In this document: piece by piece, positions 38,581 through 50,333 of the stretch
Layout of the letters: each line of letters begins with the position of its first letter
How positions within the stretch are numbered: the stretch's first letter is position 1
Assembly: GCA_043228905.1 (NCBI GenBank)
Contig: JBHGNT010000018.1
Location: forward strand, 15,128,001 to 15,192,000
Length of the DNA stretch: 64,000 bases
Direction: 5' to 3'
DNA from: Azolla caroliniana
Lineage: Eukaryota > Plantae > Polypodiophyta
Made by a program: the position numbers and the translations under genes
Notes under the pieces: model-generated
Seen by the model: the letters and a program-made list of their open reading frames with translations, nothing else
The model's database searches: none
Told to the model about the DNA's origin: nothing

Positions 38581-40690
38581 TAAAGGGGAACACATGCTCG
38601 ACGGGTTAGCTGACGAAGAGGTGAATGGCTTCCTGGAATATCATCCCACTATCATCACTCTCTTCGAAATAGACTCCATCTCGGCCTTCGGCACACCACC
38701 GGACGAGGATGTCACGGCAGATTCACTTCCCCAGGACGAGCCAGATTCCACAACTATCGCAGAATTACGACAAGCTCGGGACGCGTTTGAACGAGAACTC
38801 GCCATCTCCCAGCGAGTCAAAGCATCAACGCTCGAGTCACTCAACCTCGGCTCCAACGAGAACCCACGTACACTACAAATCGCTAACAACTTACCAGCCA
38901 ACGAACGGTCAGCCCTCATACGGTTGTTCACGGATTATCAGGATGTATTCGCATGGTCTTACACTGATATGAAGGGATTGGATCCCCAATATTACCAACA
39001 CCAAATACACTTCCTGCCTGATGCTCGACCGGTCCAACAACGACGGCTAAGGTCAAAGAGGAGATCGAAAAGCTCCTCCGAGTAGGTTTTATACGCCTAG
39101 TAAAAAGAGCCACATGGTTAAGCCCAATCTTCGTCGTCCCCAAGAAAAACGGGAAAATCCGTGTTTGCGTTGATTACCGCAAACTCAATGCCGCGACAGT
39201 CACGGATGGGTTTCCTCTCTCGTTCATGGATAGTGTCCTCGACACGGTGGCTAGTCATGAATGCTACAGTTTTCTCAATGGGTTCAACGGCTATAACCAA
39301 ATTAGAATGCACCCGGACGATCAGGAGAAAACAGTGCCAGACGAAAATGAAGATGAATGAATCACGGAGATGACCCATTTCTTCAACACCAGCCTTCCTC
39401 CCGACCACCTGACCCTCGACGCTCGGAAATGACTAGTTCTCTGGAGCCAAAACTTGTTTGGTCTCCAACACCCTCTACCACAAAGGCTCGAACGGCATCT
39501 GGCGCCGTGTAATCCGTCAATTCGAGAAACATGCAATCCTCAAGGAGGCACATCACGGAATCGCGGGGGGACATTACGCTGGAGAGGCCACGGCAAGAAA
39601 AATATGGCAGAGTGGCTTATGGTGGCCTACAACGAAAAAAGATGCTCATGAATTCTGTCGACAGTTCGATTTGTGTCAACGCATGGGACAATCGACCGAG
39701 CAAGCTCAAATGCCGCACCAACCCATCCTCCCATTAGAACCATTTCAAAAGTGGGGCTTAGATTTTGTGGAACCTTTCAAACCAGCCGCGGCTCACATCG
39801 GTAACAAATATATAATCGTGGCCACGGACTATTGCACAAAATGGGTCGAGGCTAAGGCACTGCAAGACAACACGGCTGCATCCACGGCAAAGTTCGTTTA
39901 CAAACATCTATGGTGCCATTATGGATGCCTAGTCGAGCTCATTAGTGACCAAGGCGGGCATTTTATAAACCACATAATTCAGGAGCTCACTACACACTAC
40001 GCGGTCGTACATAAGAAAAGTACACCGTACTATCCTCAGGCAAACGGATTGGCGGAATCTACTAATAAAATTTGGCAAACAATCCTAAAAAAGATCGTCA
40101 ATGTGAACCGCACCGATTGGGATGACAAGCTCCAGAATGCATTATGGGCGTATTGCACCACATTTAAAACTAGCATTCAATCTACACCCTTTCGGATGGC
40201 ATTTGGTTTGGAAGCAATCATGCCGATCAAGTTCCAAGTTCCGAGTCTCCGAGTTCAGGTTAAGGAAAGGCTACCCGAGGCCCAATCAGAGCAATATCAG
40301 CTCGAACAACTCCTCGAACTCGGCGAACATCGAGTGGCTAGCATGGCTCAACTGGAACAATGCCAACGACAATGCAAAGCCTTTGTAGATCGTCACAAGA
40401 AAGGTACGGAGAAGGCACTTACCATCGGCAAACCGGTACTTGTCTTCCAAAAACGACTCAGTGCCATGCCGGGGAAATTACGATTCTGATGGACAGGCCC
40501 CTTCTGGATAATTGACGAGTTTAATGGCACATTCGAACTCGGCACACTTGCCGGAGACATCGTCAAAAGCTGGGTAAATGGATTCCGACTTCGACCTTAC
40601 TAAGGAAATACCCCAGATAATCCCTTCGTCGAGTCTCACAGCACGGACCAGTTCACGGACGACGCCACGAAGGAGGCCACATGCCCCCAT
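38581..40690 (+). pseudogene. C pol: RT N-terminus, large deletion of RT/RNase H near 39333, integrase
   Basis: DVFAWSYTDMKGLDP, VPKKNGKIRVCVDYRKLN, then jumps to HHGIAGGHY, KWGLDF, SDQG, YYPQANG. Confidence 0.88.
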
Positions 40691-41152
40691 CGATAAAATA
40701 ATGACCTACCCACCAAAATTGTATATTAGGTAAAATTAGGAATAGTTTTAGCATTTAAATTAGCCTTACCTAAACCGCCTAACAAATCAACCAAATCACG
40801 ACATTTTCTTAGGAGCACAAACTAGTCACCTTCACATTAAAGTAGAATATTTAAGGAACATGCACACCTCACAAGGCAAAGCACTCCTGTGACGCGTGGC
40901 CATAATACCTTATTATGGCAGCCACAACCAAGAATCTAAAGGATCTTCTCCCTGCACAAAACCCTAGGTGGTCACATAAAAGAAGCTACCCCACACACCA
41001 CACACAACGCGCCCACTCACACAGAAGCTTTCTTGCCTTCACAGAACAATGATTTCCTCCCCAACAATCTTCTTCCATCTCTCTCTCTCGCCCTCGTCTC
41101 ATCACCCCCCCCCCCCCCCAACTCTCCCTATCAGCAAACCATCGAGTCCACC

Positions 41153-42766
41153 ATGCCTCTCTCAGCATCGCAGGAAACCCGTTCTTGGCTACAACAACGA
41201 GGATTGGGCAGCTACTTACGGGTCATCGACATCCCAGCACACCCTAACGCCCAAGCAATAGCATGCAGAATCCACCCCCGACACAGTGACCAACAATATG
41301 ATTCGCACCGCTCTAGACCTTACTTGAGGCGGAGAATATGAAGTCGAGATTCCTCCTCACACGACCCTCAAGGAATACTTTGGGATGTATTCGATGTCCG
41401 GAAAAGCTTACCGCACTTACGGAGGACCAAACAAGTCTTTTGGGGAGATCGCCCGAATTTTGATGGAATACGCCTTTGTGCATACAAATCCCACGAGTAT
41501 GCCACAGAATAAGGCTGCCATCATCATCAGAGAGTACGAAGACGACAAAGTTGATTGGGGAATCATCATCGGCGAAGGAGTCCATGCAGCACTGGAGTCT
41601 TTTCAATCCGGTAAGCGATTGCTACCTGTGATGAATCATTACCTCATAGTCCTCTACCCACCTCCTTTGTTTTCCCCTCGTCGCATCCTCACCTCTCCAC
41701 CACCACCACGGAAACAACAAGAGAAGATTTTGGCGTTAACCCAGGAAGAATGGGAAAACCCCTCGCCCTCTCCACCTCCCTCGGCTGCTCGGAATCCTAC
41801 TCCCACCTCGGCACCACCCCACCAAAAACACAGAAGCAACGGGCGTTACCAGTGACCCGTGTCGAATGGGACGAGGCCGAGGAGCCCATCACTGAGGATG
41901 TCACCATACGACAGAAAACACCAAGGATATCGATGCCCTCTCCATAACCAAGCCCATGCCCCACAAACCAGCAGCCCTCAGGCATACGACAATGAAAGAG
42001 GAAACAAGCCAAGGAGCGAACACCACAGGCCTCAGACTCACAAGACCCGCTGAAAACGAGACGACGCGTCAATCGCAAGTTGACCACAAAAACCGAGGGG
42101 ACCCAGAATCAGAAATCAAAGGAGGTCAGCCTGACCTCCACGGCCATGGTACCCGTACAGTCATGGCTCCACACATGCAGGATTGAGCATGGAAAAACCA
42201 CACAGATATCGGAGGAGGAAGTCTTCGGTTACAAAGACCTCCTCATGGAGGCATACGAGTTTAGTGCACTACTTCGGCTGGGCACAACATATGAGTTGAT
42301 GGATTCCCTCGCGCGCGCCCAAGTAGCTGCTACCGCTCGTATGGCCGAGGAGCACGCGGAAATGAAGATGATTTAATGCGCACTAATGGGAGAACTCGAA
42401 CCTCATGAGGATCGAGCCTTACAAAAGATAGGTCGGAAGAAGCAAGCACAAAATGCTTCCCTCCTCATGGAGCTACCAGATCTGAACACGGCCTAAGTCG
42501 AGGCATATCGAAATCTACACCACACAACTCGGGCAGCCAAGGACATGGCCCGACGTATCAAAACGACATAGCAACAAGCTAAGAGGGCCACCGAGCTATC
42601 TCAAGCCGCCGAGCAGAAACTAGCGTTATTGGAGCAGCAACATTGAGAACAGCCACCCTTAAGCCTCCATGCCCCGAGTAACTGTGTCTCACCGGCCCCT
42701 CTTCCGAACCCGAGCTTGAGTTCTACTGTTACAGATGCACACAACAACGACACAGCTCACCCCAGG
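41153..42766 (+). pseudogene. C extra ORF3, N-terminal part (decayed)
   Basis: WLQQRGL, KAYRTYGG, FGEIARIL, MPQNKAAII, KVDWG match G ORF3; followed by a Pro-rich region. Confidence 0.7.
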
Positions 42767-43221
42767 TGTTACCCGGCCGGCAAAGGAGCAGAGACCAGAA
42801 TGTGAAAGGGATGGTTATTCGGAATATATTTAATTAAGTAGATTAGATTATAATGATGTAGTGAACGGACGGACCAGAATCGGTATGCCGATCCGGATCC
42901 GGATCGATTCCGAACAGGTGCCGGTTGGCACCATTTTGTACGTAGCACCGGTGACCTATATAAAGGCCCGGTTATAATGTATAACTTTAACATAGAATTA
43001 ATATAAGCTTCTTGTTTTATCTTCACGTATTGATTACCGTTCTGAATTAATTGTTATATCGTACGCATGTATTAAGTGTATGCCTTATTGCTAAGTAGCT
43101 AATTAAGTCGAAGTAATCGTTGTGTCTTAAGTTATCTCGCCGTAACATCCCTTTAGTGAAGTGTCTTCCGCAGACACCCTATGTTAGGCTATTGTTCGGC
43201 CCTAAGGATTAACACAGTTTT

Positions 43222-43231
43222 TGGCGACCAC
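43222..43231 (+). promoter_or_regulatory. PBS of G (tRNA-Arg, UCG-type, short)
   Basis: TGGCGACCAC 7 nt after the LTR; 10-nt complement to the recalled tRNA-Arg(UCG) 3' end ..GUGGUCGCCA. Confidence 0.6.
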
Positions 43232-43269
43232 GATTCCTGCACAATCGCAGCAAACAGCGGCGGGCATGG

Positions 43270-45010
43270 ATGACGCGACCAACGAACGACCCGGTTACGG
43301 AGGGAGCAAGGCGACTTGCTGAACGGCTGAGGAAGCGAGAGGCTTTCCAGCAAGTGGCAGAAGAAATCAGAGCAGATCGCTCATTTTCGAAAGTGATCCA
43401 GAGAGTGGCCAAGGAATCACTTCGGCTACCACAAAACTCCTACCCGGACGAAGGAAGTAGCCTAAGCAACCTCCAGGAAGTAGAATCCCTTCTCCAGGCA
43501 TTGGTAGTGGGGGAAGGCGAATCCGAAGCATTTTCGGCATTTGAATCAGGTTCGGACGGGGAATACAACGCACAGACGAACTACCGCAGCAGTAATGACA
43601 CCCCAGGCGGAGCAGAGGACGAGGAGTCGGAAACTTTGCCAATACCAGAACCCGAATTGACAAGCCTAGAAACTCCAGTACCAGAAGTCGACCACACTCC
43701 GGAACCAGAAGTTGACGACAAGAGACCTCCGACACAGGAAGTCGAGGAGGAGAAGTCTCTGACACCACAAGAGGAGCAGGAAAGACCTCCAACGACGACA
43801 GAAGACCGGGGAAAACCTCTGACACCACCAGAGGAGGAACAACCACTGACACCACTAGCCCGTGTACCAACACCGGATGACGATATGCCGTTCCAATATC
43901 CCAGATACCGGGATGATCTGGACGCGGAAGCCCACGTCCATGCGTTTCAGCAGACCTGGGAAGCGAACCATGTGTCCCAACGCTTAAATGCAGCTGAAGA
44001 GGAATGCTCAAAACGAGCAGAGTTCGGCATGACCTTGGAGGGACCGGCCGCCAGATGGTACCAAACACAGGATCCCAGCACCATCCCCACGTTTGAAACA
44101 TTAAAGACAAAATTCTTGCATTTCTTCCACAAGGAGATGGACCAGCGGGAAATGGTCGGCTTATTTTACAGTATCCGGCAGGAACCAACGGAGAACATCC
44201 AACAGTTTTTCATCCGGTTCCAGCGGATACACAGTCAACTCAGCCGGACACCACCGGAGGAAGAAACAAAGGCCATATTCTTAGCAGCACTCCGGGAACC
44301 CTTACGGACAGTGTGCACCGTCATCAATTTCCGCACCAGCAGCATAGATCAAGTGATTGACCGAGTTCGGGAAATGGAAAACTCGAGTTCATGGCTAACC
44401 ATGGGCACACAACAGCGTACGCTACCGATGGAAGAGGACCTCTATTTCCGACAAGCAGTTCAATGTACGGTATGCCTGAATGCTGGACATTCGGCGTTGG
44501 AATGCACCATGCGTTCCCAATGCTTGCTCTGCCACTCCAGAAGTTACACAATGGAACGGTGTGAGTATAACTTGTTAAATCAACAAGCACCACCAGTCCG
44601 GAAAATTAAACCACGGAGCAACCGGGAGGAGGAAGAAAAACGTTGGCGGCGAGAAGAGCGCTACCGGCCGACACAAGATGTCTGGTATAGCGACCGAAGA
44701 GACGCGTATGACCGGTATGATAGACAGGATAGATACCGGGACTATAATGGACGGTATGAAAGATATAACCGGGATCACTCCCTTGGTTACAACCACCGAC
44801 GGGACGACTATGGCAAGGATGACGACCAACCCCGGCAAGGATACTGCACCAAAAAGAATTTCAATAAGAAACGTCATTTCAACAAAAAGGGGGGTCATCC
44901 ACGAGAACCGGAAAATGGCGCTCCGATCAGCCAACCCGACCAAAACCAAGCACTTGCCCCTGATCCGCCACCAAGCACACACGCTGAATCCAGCAATGCC
45001 AGGAAGCCGT
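43270..45010 (+). pseudogene. G gag (acidic/Pro-rich N-extension, capsid, two zinc knuckles), cut by H
   Basis: 582-aa ORF with MPFQYPRY, LEGPAARWY, CTVCLNAGHSALEC. Confidence 0.88.
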
Positions 45011-48000
45011 TGTCGTGAAGAATTTCGGCCAGAGGTGGAAACCGGGAAATATTGGGTATACCGGCGGGGTGCAGCATGTGCGCTCACCCTTGTACATTTA
45101 GTGTGAATAACGAGGGCGCCTTTATGGCGCCGAAGAGTAGTCTAGTCGGGACAGAGAATCCCATGTAAGTCGGGATTTATCCCACATTGTAACGCAACTC
45201 CCTCCTTGTTCTATAAAAGGAAGGGAGCGCCTCTTGTGAAGGGTTGCCCATTTTGTATTAGCAGGGTATACTGTTAGACGAAGAGACGTTCTCTCTTCCT
45301 CTTTCTCTTTTTCCTTTCTTGCTCTCCTCTGCTTCTTCTTCGTCGTTCTACGCGTCGAGCACTGGCGTCTAGCGTTTCGGTTTTCTGCCCTGTACTCTGT
45401 GCAAGCCCCGCTCGGCGCCATAAGCCCGAGAGCTCCCCGACCGGCGGCTTGGCAGTAGACAACAGTTGTATCCTATGCGACCTAGGCCCGGCTCGAACTT
45501 GGTGTTGAATCTCGTTGTCTTGTAAATACATATACATTTGGTTGTGCATATTCGAGTCTCTGTTGGTGTGTGTGTGTGTGTCTTTGTGTTTCTTTCTCGT
45601 TTCTGTACATAAGGCGTGAGTTGGGTCGGCGTGTTGTGTGCGTGTGTGCGAGAGTCAATGTTGCATGCCTGCTCTCTCTCTCTCTCTCTCTCTCACCCTT
45701 CGGTTGCTTCCGGTGTGCTTCTGGGATGCCCCAGAAACGGTGAAGCACGACTTCCTACGCGTCGTCACTCCCTAGTCCAAGACCCCCGTGGTCCCGCCTT
45801 TCTCCACACACGCGCGAAACTTCGCAACATCTTTGGTGAACCCGACGTGAAAGGCGGCGAGGGAGGATGGAGTCGGAAGACGACGACCTCGCAGTGATGG
45901 TGGCCGAAGTGGTGTTGGAGTCGGCACGAGTGGTGATGAGGCGAGAAGCAGCGCAACAAGCGGTTGAGCGAGTGGTCGAAAGAGTCGGCCGTTTCAATGG
46001 GGACAAAGTCCCATCTTACTTGGAAGCCTACAACACGGAAATGGAGGAGCGAGATGTGGACGAAGCGTTGAGGCTGGAGTTCTTTTGTCGAGCTGTCACC
46101 ATCCGTATGCACGCGGAAGTGAAGGAGCTCCAACAAGCTCATAGTTCATGGGAGGCCTTTGAAGAGGCGCTCCTGCAGGCATATGGAGGACAGCGGAAGA
46201 GCCGGGGACGACATGACTTCGACCAGTGGGTCGCATCGGCAAAGACCCACCGGGGCGCGACGAAGGCGTTCCGAGAGTTCGAGCGATGGCTTTCTCGGCT
46301 CCCAGAGTGGGAACAAGGTTTGGTGGAGGCGGACAAAGTCCTATTGTTTGTCAGGTCAATCGACCGAGCGGAACGGGAGGCCATGGGGAAGGAGCTCAAA
46401 GACGATGACGGAGCGAATGGGCTTACGGAGGACTGGTCGAAGGTCGGAAGGGTGTGCCAACGGCTAGACGAGGAGCGAGCCAAGAAGGCTAAGAGGAAGG
46501 CGCGCGACGGCATGCCATCACATCGGGAAGAGGCCGAACGGCAAAGAGAGTCGGCAAGGGTCGGCGTTGGGGCCAGGATTGCGGAGGCGTACGCAGCTCT
46601 CGAGGCGATGCTCGACGAAGAGGAAAGATCGAGGCCGCAAGCCGAGACCGAGGAGACGGACTTGCCCCACATAATGGTGGAAGACCGGTACCACGGTACC
46701 ACGGGAGAGGGTGTGGAACATAACGCCCTCTCGACTTGCGGAGAATTGCCGACCGAGGACAAGGTCGGGAGCGGAGAAGAGCCCTCCACGCGGATTCCGG
46801 AGACTCCGGTGGTCGAGCCCGTGTGCCGACATGAGACCGGAGAGAAGGAAGGCACCGACGAGGAGTCCTGGCACGATGCCAGCAAAGATGGATGGGAGAT
46901 GGCCCACAAAAAGGTCGAAGAAGAGACCAAGAAACAACCCGACCGGGGACCAAACCGTGCGACGCTCCGACACAGGTGGAGCGTAATCTGGTAGTGGATT
47001 GTTCGATCGGGGCTAGAATCGGCATGAAGGTGCCGATACGGGAGAGGGTGCGGAACGAGCCGCCCTCTTTTACATTGGGAGAAAGACCGACCAGGTGAAG
47101 GTCGAGAATGGAAGGAAGGCGATCAAAGGTTCGGAACGAGTCTGGCAAAGTCGGCATCGGAGCCGAAACTCCGGACATTGGAGAATCAAGCCAAGGCGGG
47201 GCTTGATTGATCACAGAGCGGATGCTATCCACCGACACCGCTAAAAGGGGCGGTGACCCGGACGAGTCGCCGGAAGACGTTGCGAAATCGGTTACCCCAC
47301 GTCCTATCCGGAGACTCCGGTAATTCGGCCAACGTGGCAACGTGAGACCGAAAGAGATGTAAGATGGAGGCGGGAACGCAGCAAGGAGACCGACGACGAG
47401 TTCGGGAGAAGTACAGAGGATGAAGAGGAGAATGAAGGCTGGTCCTATGGAGTTCCTTACACCGATCCGGGGGTCGGCCCGAGTGCCGGCGTGAGTCCTA
47501 CAGGAGAGATCGGTGGCGACAGGAGAATGGGACCTGGCAATCCGGAGAATGACGGACGGACCCGGACAAGAACCGGGCAGAGCGGACTTCCGGAAAACCA
47601 TTTCGGGAGGGAGGAAGAGAGCAGGCCTACGAAGAGGCTGGAAACACAGTACATCGGTACCACAGGAGAGGGTGTGGAGCGAGCCACCCTCTCGATTTGC
47701 AAAAGAAGGAAGACCCATGATAAGGGTCAGAGATACGGCAAGCCCGAGGAGGATCCTTCACACCGGTTCTACAGACACCGGCGGGCAGCCCGAGAGCCGC
47801 CGTGAGACCTAGAGTAAGGAACGGTGGCGGCGGCAAGGCGGGCAACCGAAGACAGAAGGGGAGGTCCCACGAAGATCCTCACACCGATCCGGAGGTCGGC
47901 CCAAGAGCCGGCGTGAGTCCTATAGGAAAGGATGATGGCGGCAGGTGAATGTGTTCGGACGACAGAAAGCAGAGAACGAAGGTATCAGGCCGGCGAAGCG

Positions 48001-50329
48001 GCTACGAACCGAATCGGACCGACCGGCAAGGTCACGGGCATAAGGAAGTCTGGTCCTACGGGATCCCCAGACCGAACCGGAGACTCCGGCAGTTCGGCCA
48101 ACATGGCAACATGAGACCGAGAGAGAAGGTTGGTGGCGGCAGGAAACGGGAAACGGGACCCGACTACGCGGAAGACACGAGGAGAGTCGCGAAGGACTCC
48201 TACAGAAGACACCCGAATTTCGGCAAGCAGAGAAACGGAGTCTGGTTCTATGGGACCCTCACACCGATCCAGAGACTCCGATAGTTCGGCCAACGTGGCA
48301 ACGTGAGATCTAGGGAGAAGGACGGTGGCGGCAGGGAACGGGACCCAACGACACGAGATAGCGTATCGGGAGTCGGTAAGACAGGGGCAGACGAAGTGCG
48401 AAACCCTTACCGGCCGGTTACAGTTTCGGAAGGAGCCGGCAGGGGCAAACACGGGGAGGTGTGTTGGGCCGGAAAGGCACACCTAGGGAGGGACAAGAGT
48501 CTCGCAAGTGGCCATCGCGGGCCGGATCAAAGCGTGACTACGGGATGGTGTTCGGCACGGGCAGTACCGAACAAAGGAAGCGGAAGATGGCACAAGGGAG
48601 GTGCCGAGAACGAGGTGACGAATGCATAGTGGACTGCACAGGGTCGGAGTCAGGGGATGACAAGGGAGTCCAGAGGAGAATCCTCCACACTCGCTTCGTA
48701 GATCTCGGCAGCTCAGTCATAGTAGCGAAGACTGACACGGCAAGCCCGAGATAACAAGCTGGTGGGGGCGAGGGGACGACGGCAAGCGGAAGACTCAGGA
48801 CCTGTTGCAGCAGCGCGAAACGGGAAGGGCCAAGCGGGCTACTACGGGGTGTTCCTCGGATGCGGAGGACACCGGTATGCGGATGAGCGGCGATGCACGA
48901 TCTGGCCGGGAAAGGGGCCGACAAGGCGTGCAAAGAACTGGAATATAGCACAAGCAGCGCCAAACAACGGGCGAGGATATGCAGCACACGGAGGTGTCGG
49001 AGCGGAGAGGCGAGCATGAAGAATGGGTTGCACGGTTCGGAGGTCGCGCGTAGAAGGCCAGAGAAGGATCCTCCACACCGTTCTGGAGACCATGGCGGTT
49101 GGAGCCGACGTGGCGACGTAAGACCATGGAGAAGGAAGGTGTCGGCGAGAGGATGAAGGCAACGCGAAACAACATGGGACGGCAATCAAGACAACACGAA
49201 TGGTCGACGGAGACCAAGCGGGCCACTACAGGCGTTCCTCAAGCGGAGGACATCAGGCATACGGCGGAGAGCGGGGCGTGCATACGGCCGAACAAGGGCC
49301 AGCAAAAGTACGTGTGCTATGGAGATCACGTCGAAGGACCCATCGACGGGTCGAACGAGCCTACGGGGAGGTAAGCGCGAAGGAAGAACTAAAGCCGACA
49401 GTTAAAACCGACAGCAAGCCGGGATGTGAATTACGGAAGACCAGGTTCTCACCGACTGAAATCTCTCACCCTTCAGTAGATCTGGCACGTACCGGTGGAC
49501 GTGCGGTTTGGTGGGGGCGGATGTCGTGAAGAATTTCGGCCAGAGGCGAAAACCAGGAAATATTGGCTATACCAGCAGGGTGCAGCATGTGCGCTCACCC
49601 TTGTACATTTAGTGTGAATAACGAGGGCGCCAAAGGGTAGTCTAGTCGGGACAGAGAATCCCATGTAAGTCGGGATTTATCCCACATTGTAACGCAACTC
49701 CCACCTTGTTCTATAAAAGGAAGGGAGCGCCTCTTGTGAAGGGTTGCCCATTTTGTATTAGCAAGGTATACCGTTAGACGAAGAGACGTTCTCTCTTCCT
49801 CTTTCTCTCTTTCCTTTCTTGCTCTCCTCTGCTTCTTCTTCGTCGTTCTACGCGTCGAGCACTGGCGTCTAGCGTTTCGGTTTTCGGCCCTGTACTCTGT
49901 GCAAGCCCCGCTCGGCGCCATAAGCCCGAGAGCTCCTCGACCGGCGGCTTGGCAGTAGACAACAGTTGTATCCTATGCGACCTAGGCCCGGCTCGAACTT
50001 GGTGTCGAATCTCGTTGTCTTGTAAATACATATACATTTGGTTGTGCATATTCGAGTCTCTGTTGGTCTGTGTGTGTGTGTGTCTTTGTGTTTCTTTCTC
50101 ATTTCTGTACATAAGGCGTGAGTTGGGTCGGCGTGTTGTGTGCGTGTGTGCGAGAGTCAATGTTGCGTGCCTGCTCTCTCTCTCTCTCTCTCTCTCCCTT
50201 CGGTTGCTTCCGGTGTGCTTCTGGGATGCCCCAGAAACGGTGAAGCACGACTTCCTACGCGCCGTCACTCCCTAGTCCAAGACACCCGTGGTCTCGCCTT
50301 TCTCCACGCACGCGCGAAACTTCGCGACA
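45011..50329 (+). mobile_element. H: non-autonomous gag-only LTR element of the B/F lineage
   Basis: LTRs 45011-45829 and 49522-50329; TSD CCGT; tRNA-Trp PBS 45834-45851; PPT-like GGTTTGGTGGGGGCGGA as in B; no recognisable pol. Confidence 0.9.
45867..46994 (+). CDS. Gag (capsid-like) protein of H, 375 aa, no zinc knuckle
   Basis: AVERVVERVGRFNGDKVPSYLEAYNTEM..DKVLLFVRSID..ANGLTEDW aligns with B/F gag; the ORF is uninterrupted. Confidence 0.75.
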   Translation: MESEDDDLAVMVAEVVLESARVVMRREAAQQAVERVVERVGRFNGDKVPSYLEAYNTEMEERDVDEALRLEFFCRAVTIRMHAEVKELQQAHSSWEAFEEALLQAYGGQRKSRGRHDFDQWVASAKTHRGATKAFREFERWLSRLPEWEQGLVEADKVLLFVRSIDRAEREAMGKELKDDDGANGLTEDWSKVGRVCQRLDEERAKKAKRKARDGMPSHREEAERQRESARVGVGARIAEAYAALEAMLDEEERSRPQAETEETDLPHIMVEDRYHGTTGEGVEHNALSTCGELPTEDKVGSGEEPSTRIPETPVVEPVCRHETGEKEGTDEESWHDASKDGWEMAHKKVEEETKKQPDRGPNRATLRHRWSVIW

Positions 50330-50333
50330 CCGT

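Noticed and set aside
46139-49529. Numerous long overlapping ORFs on both strands inside H
   Set aside because: GC-rich repetitive sequence with few stops; no domain motifs; only the gag ORF has homology support.
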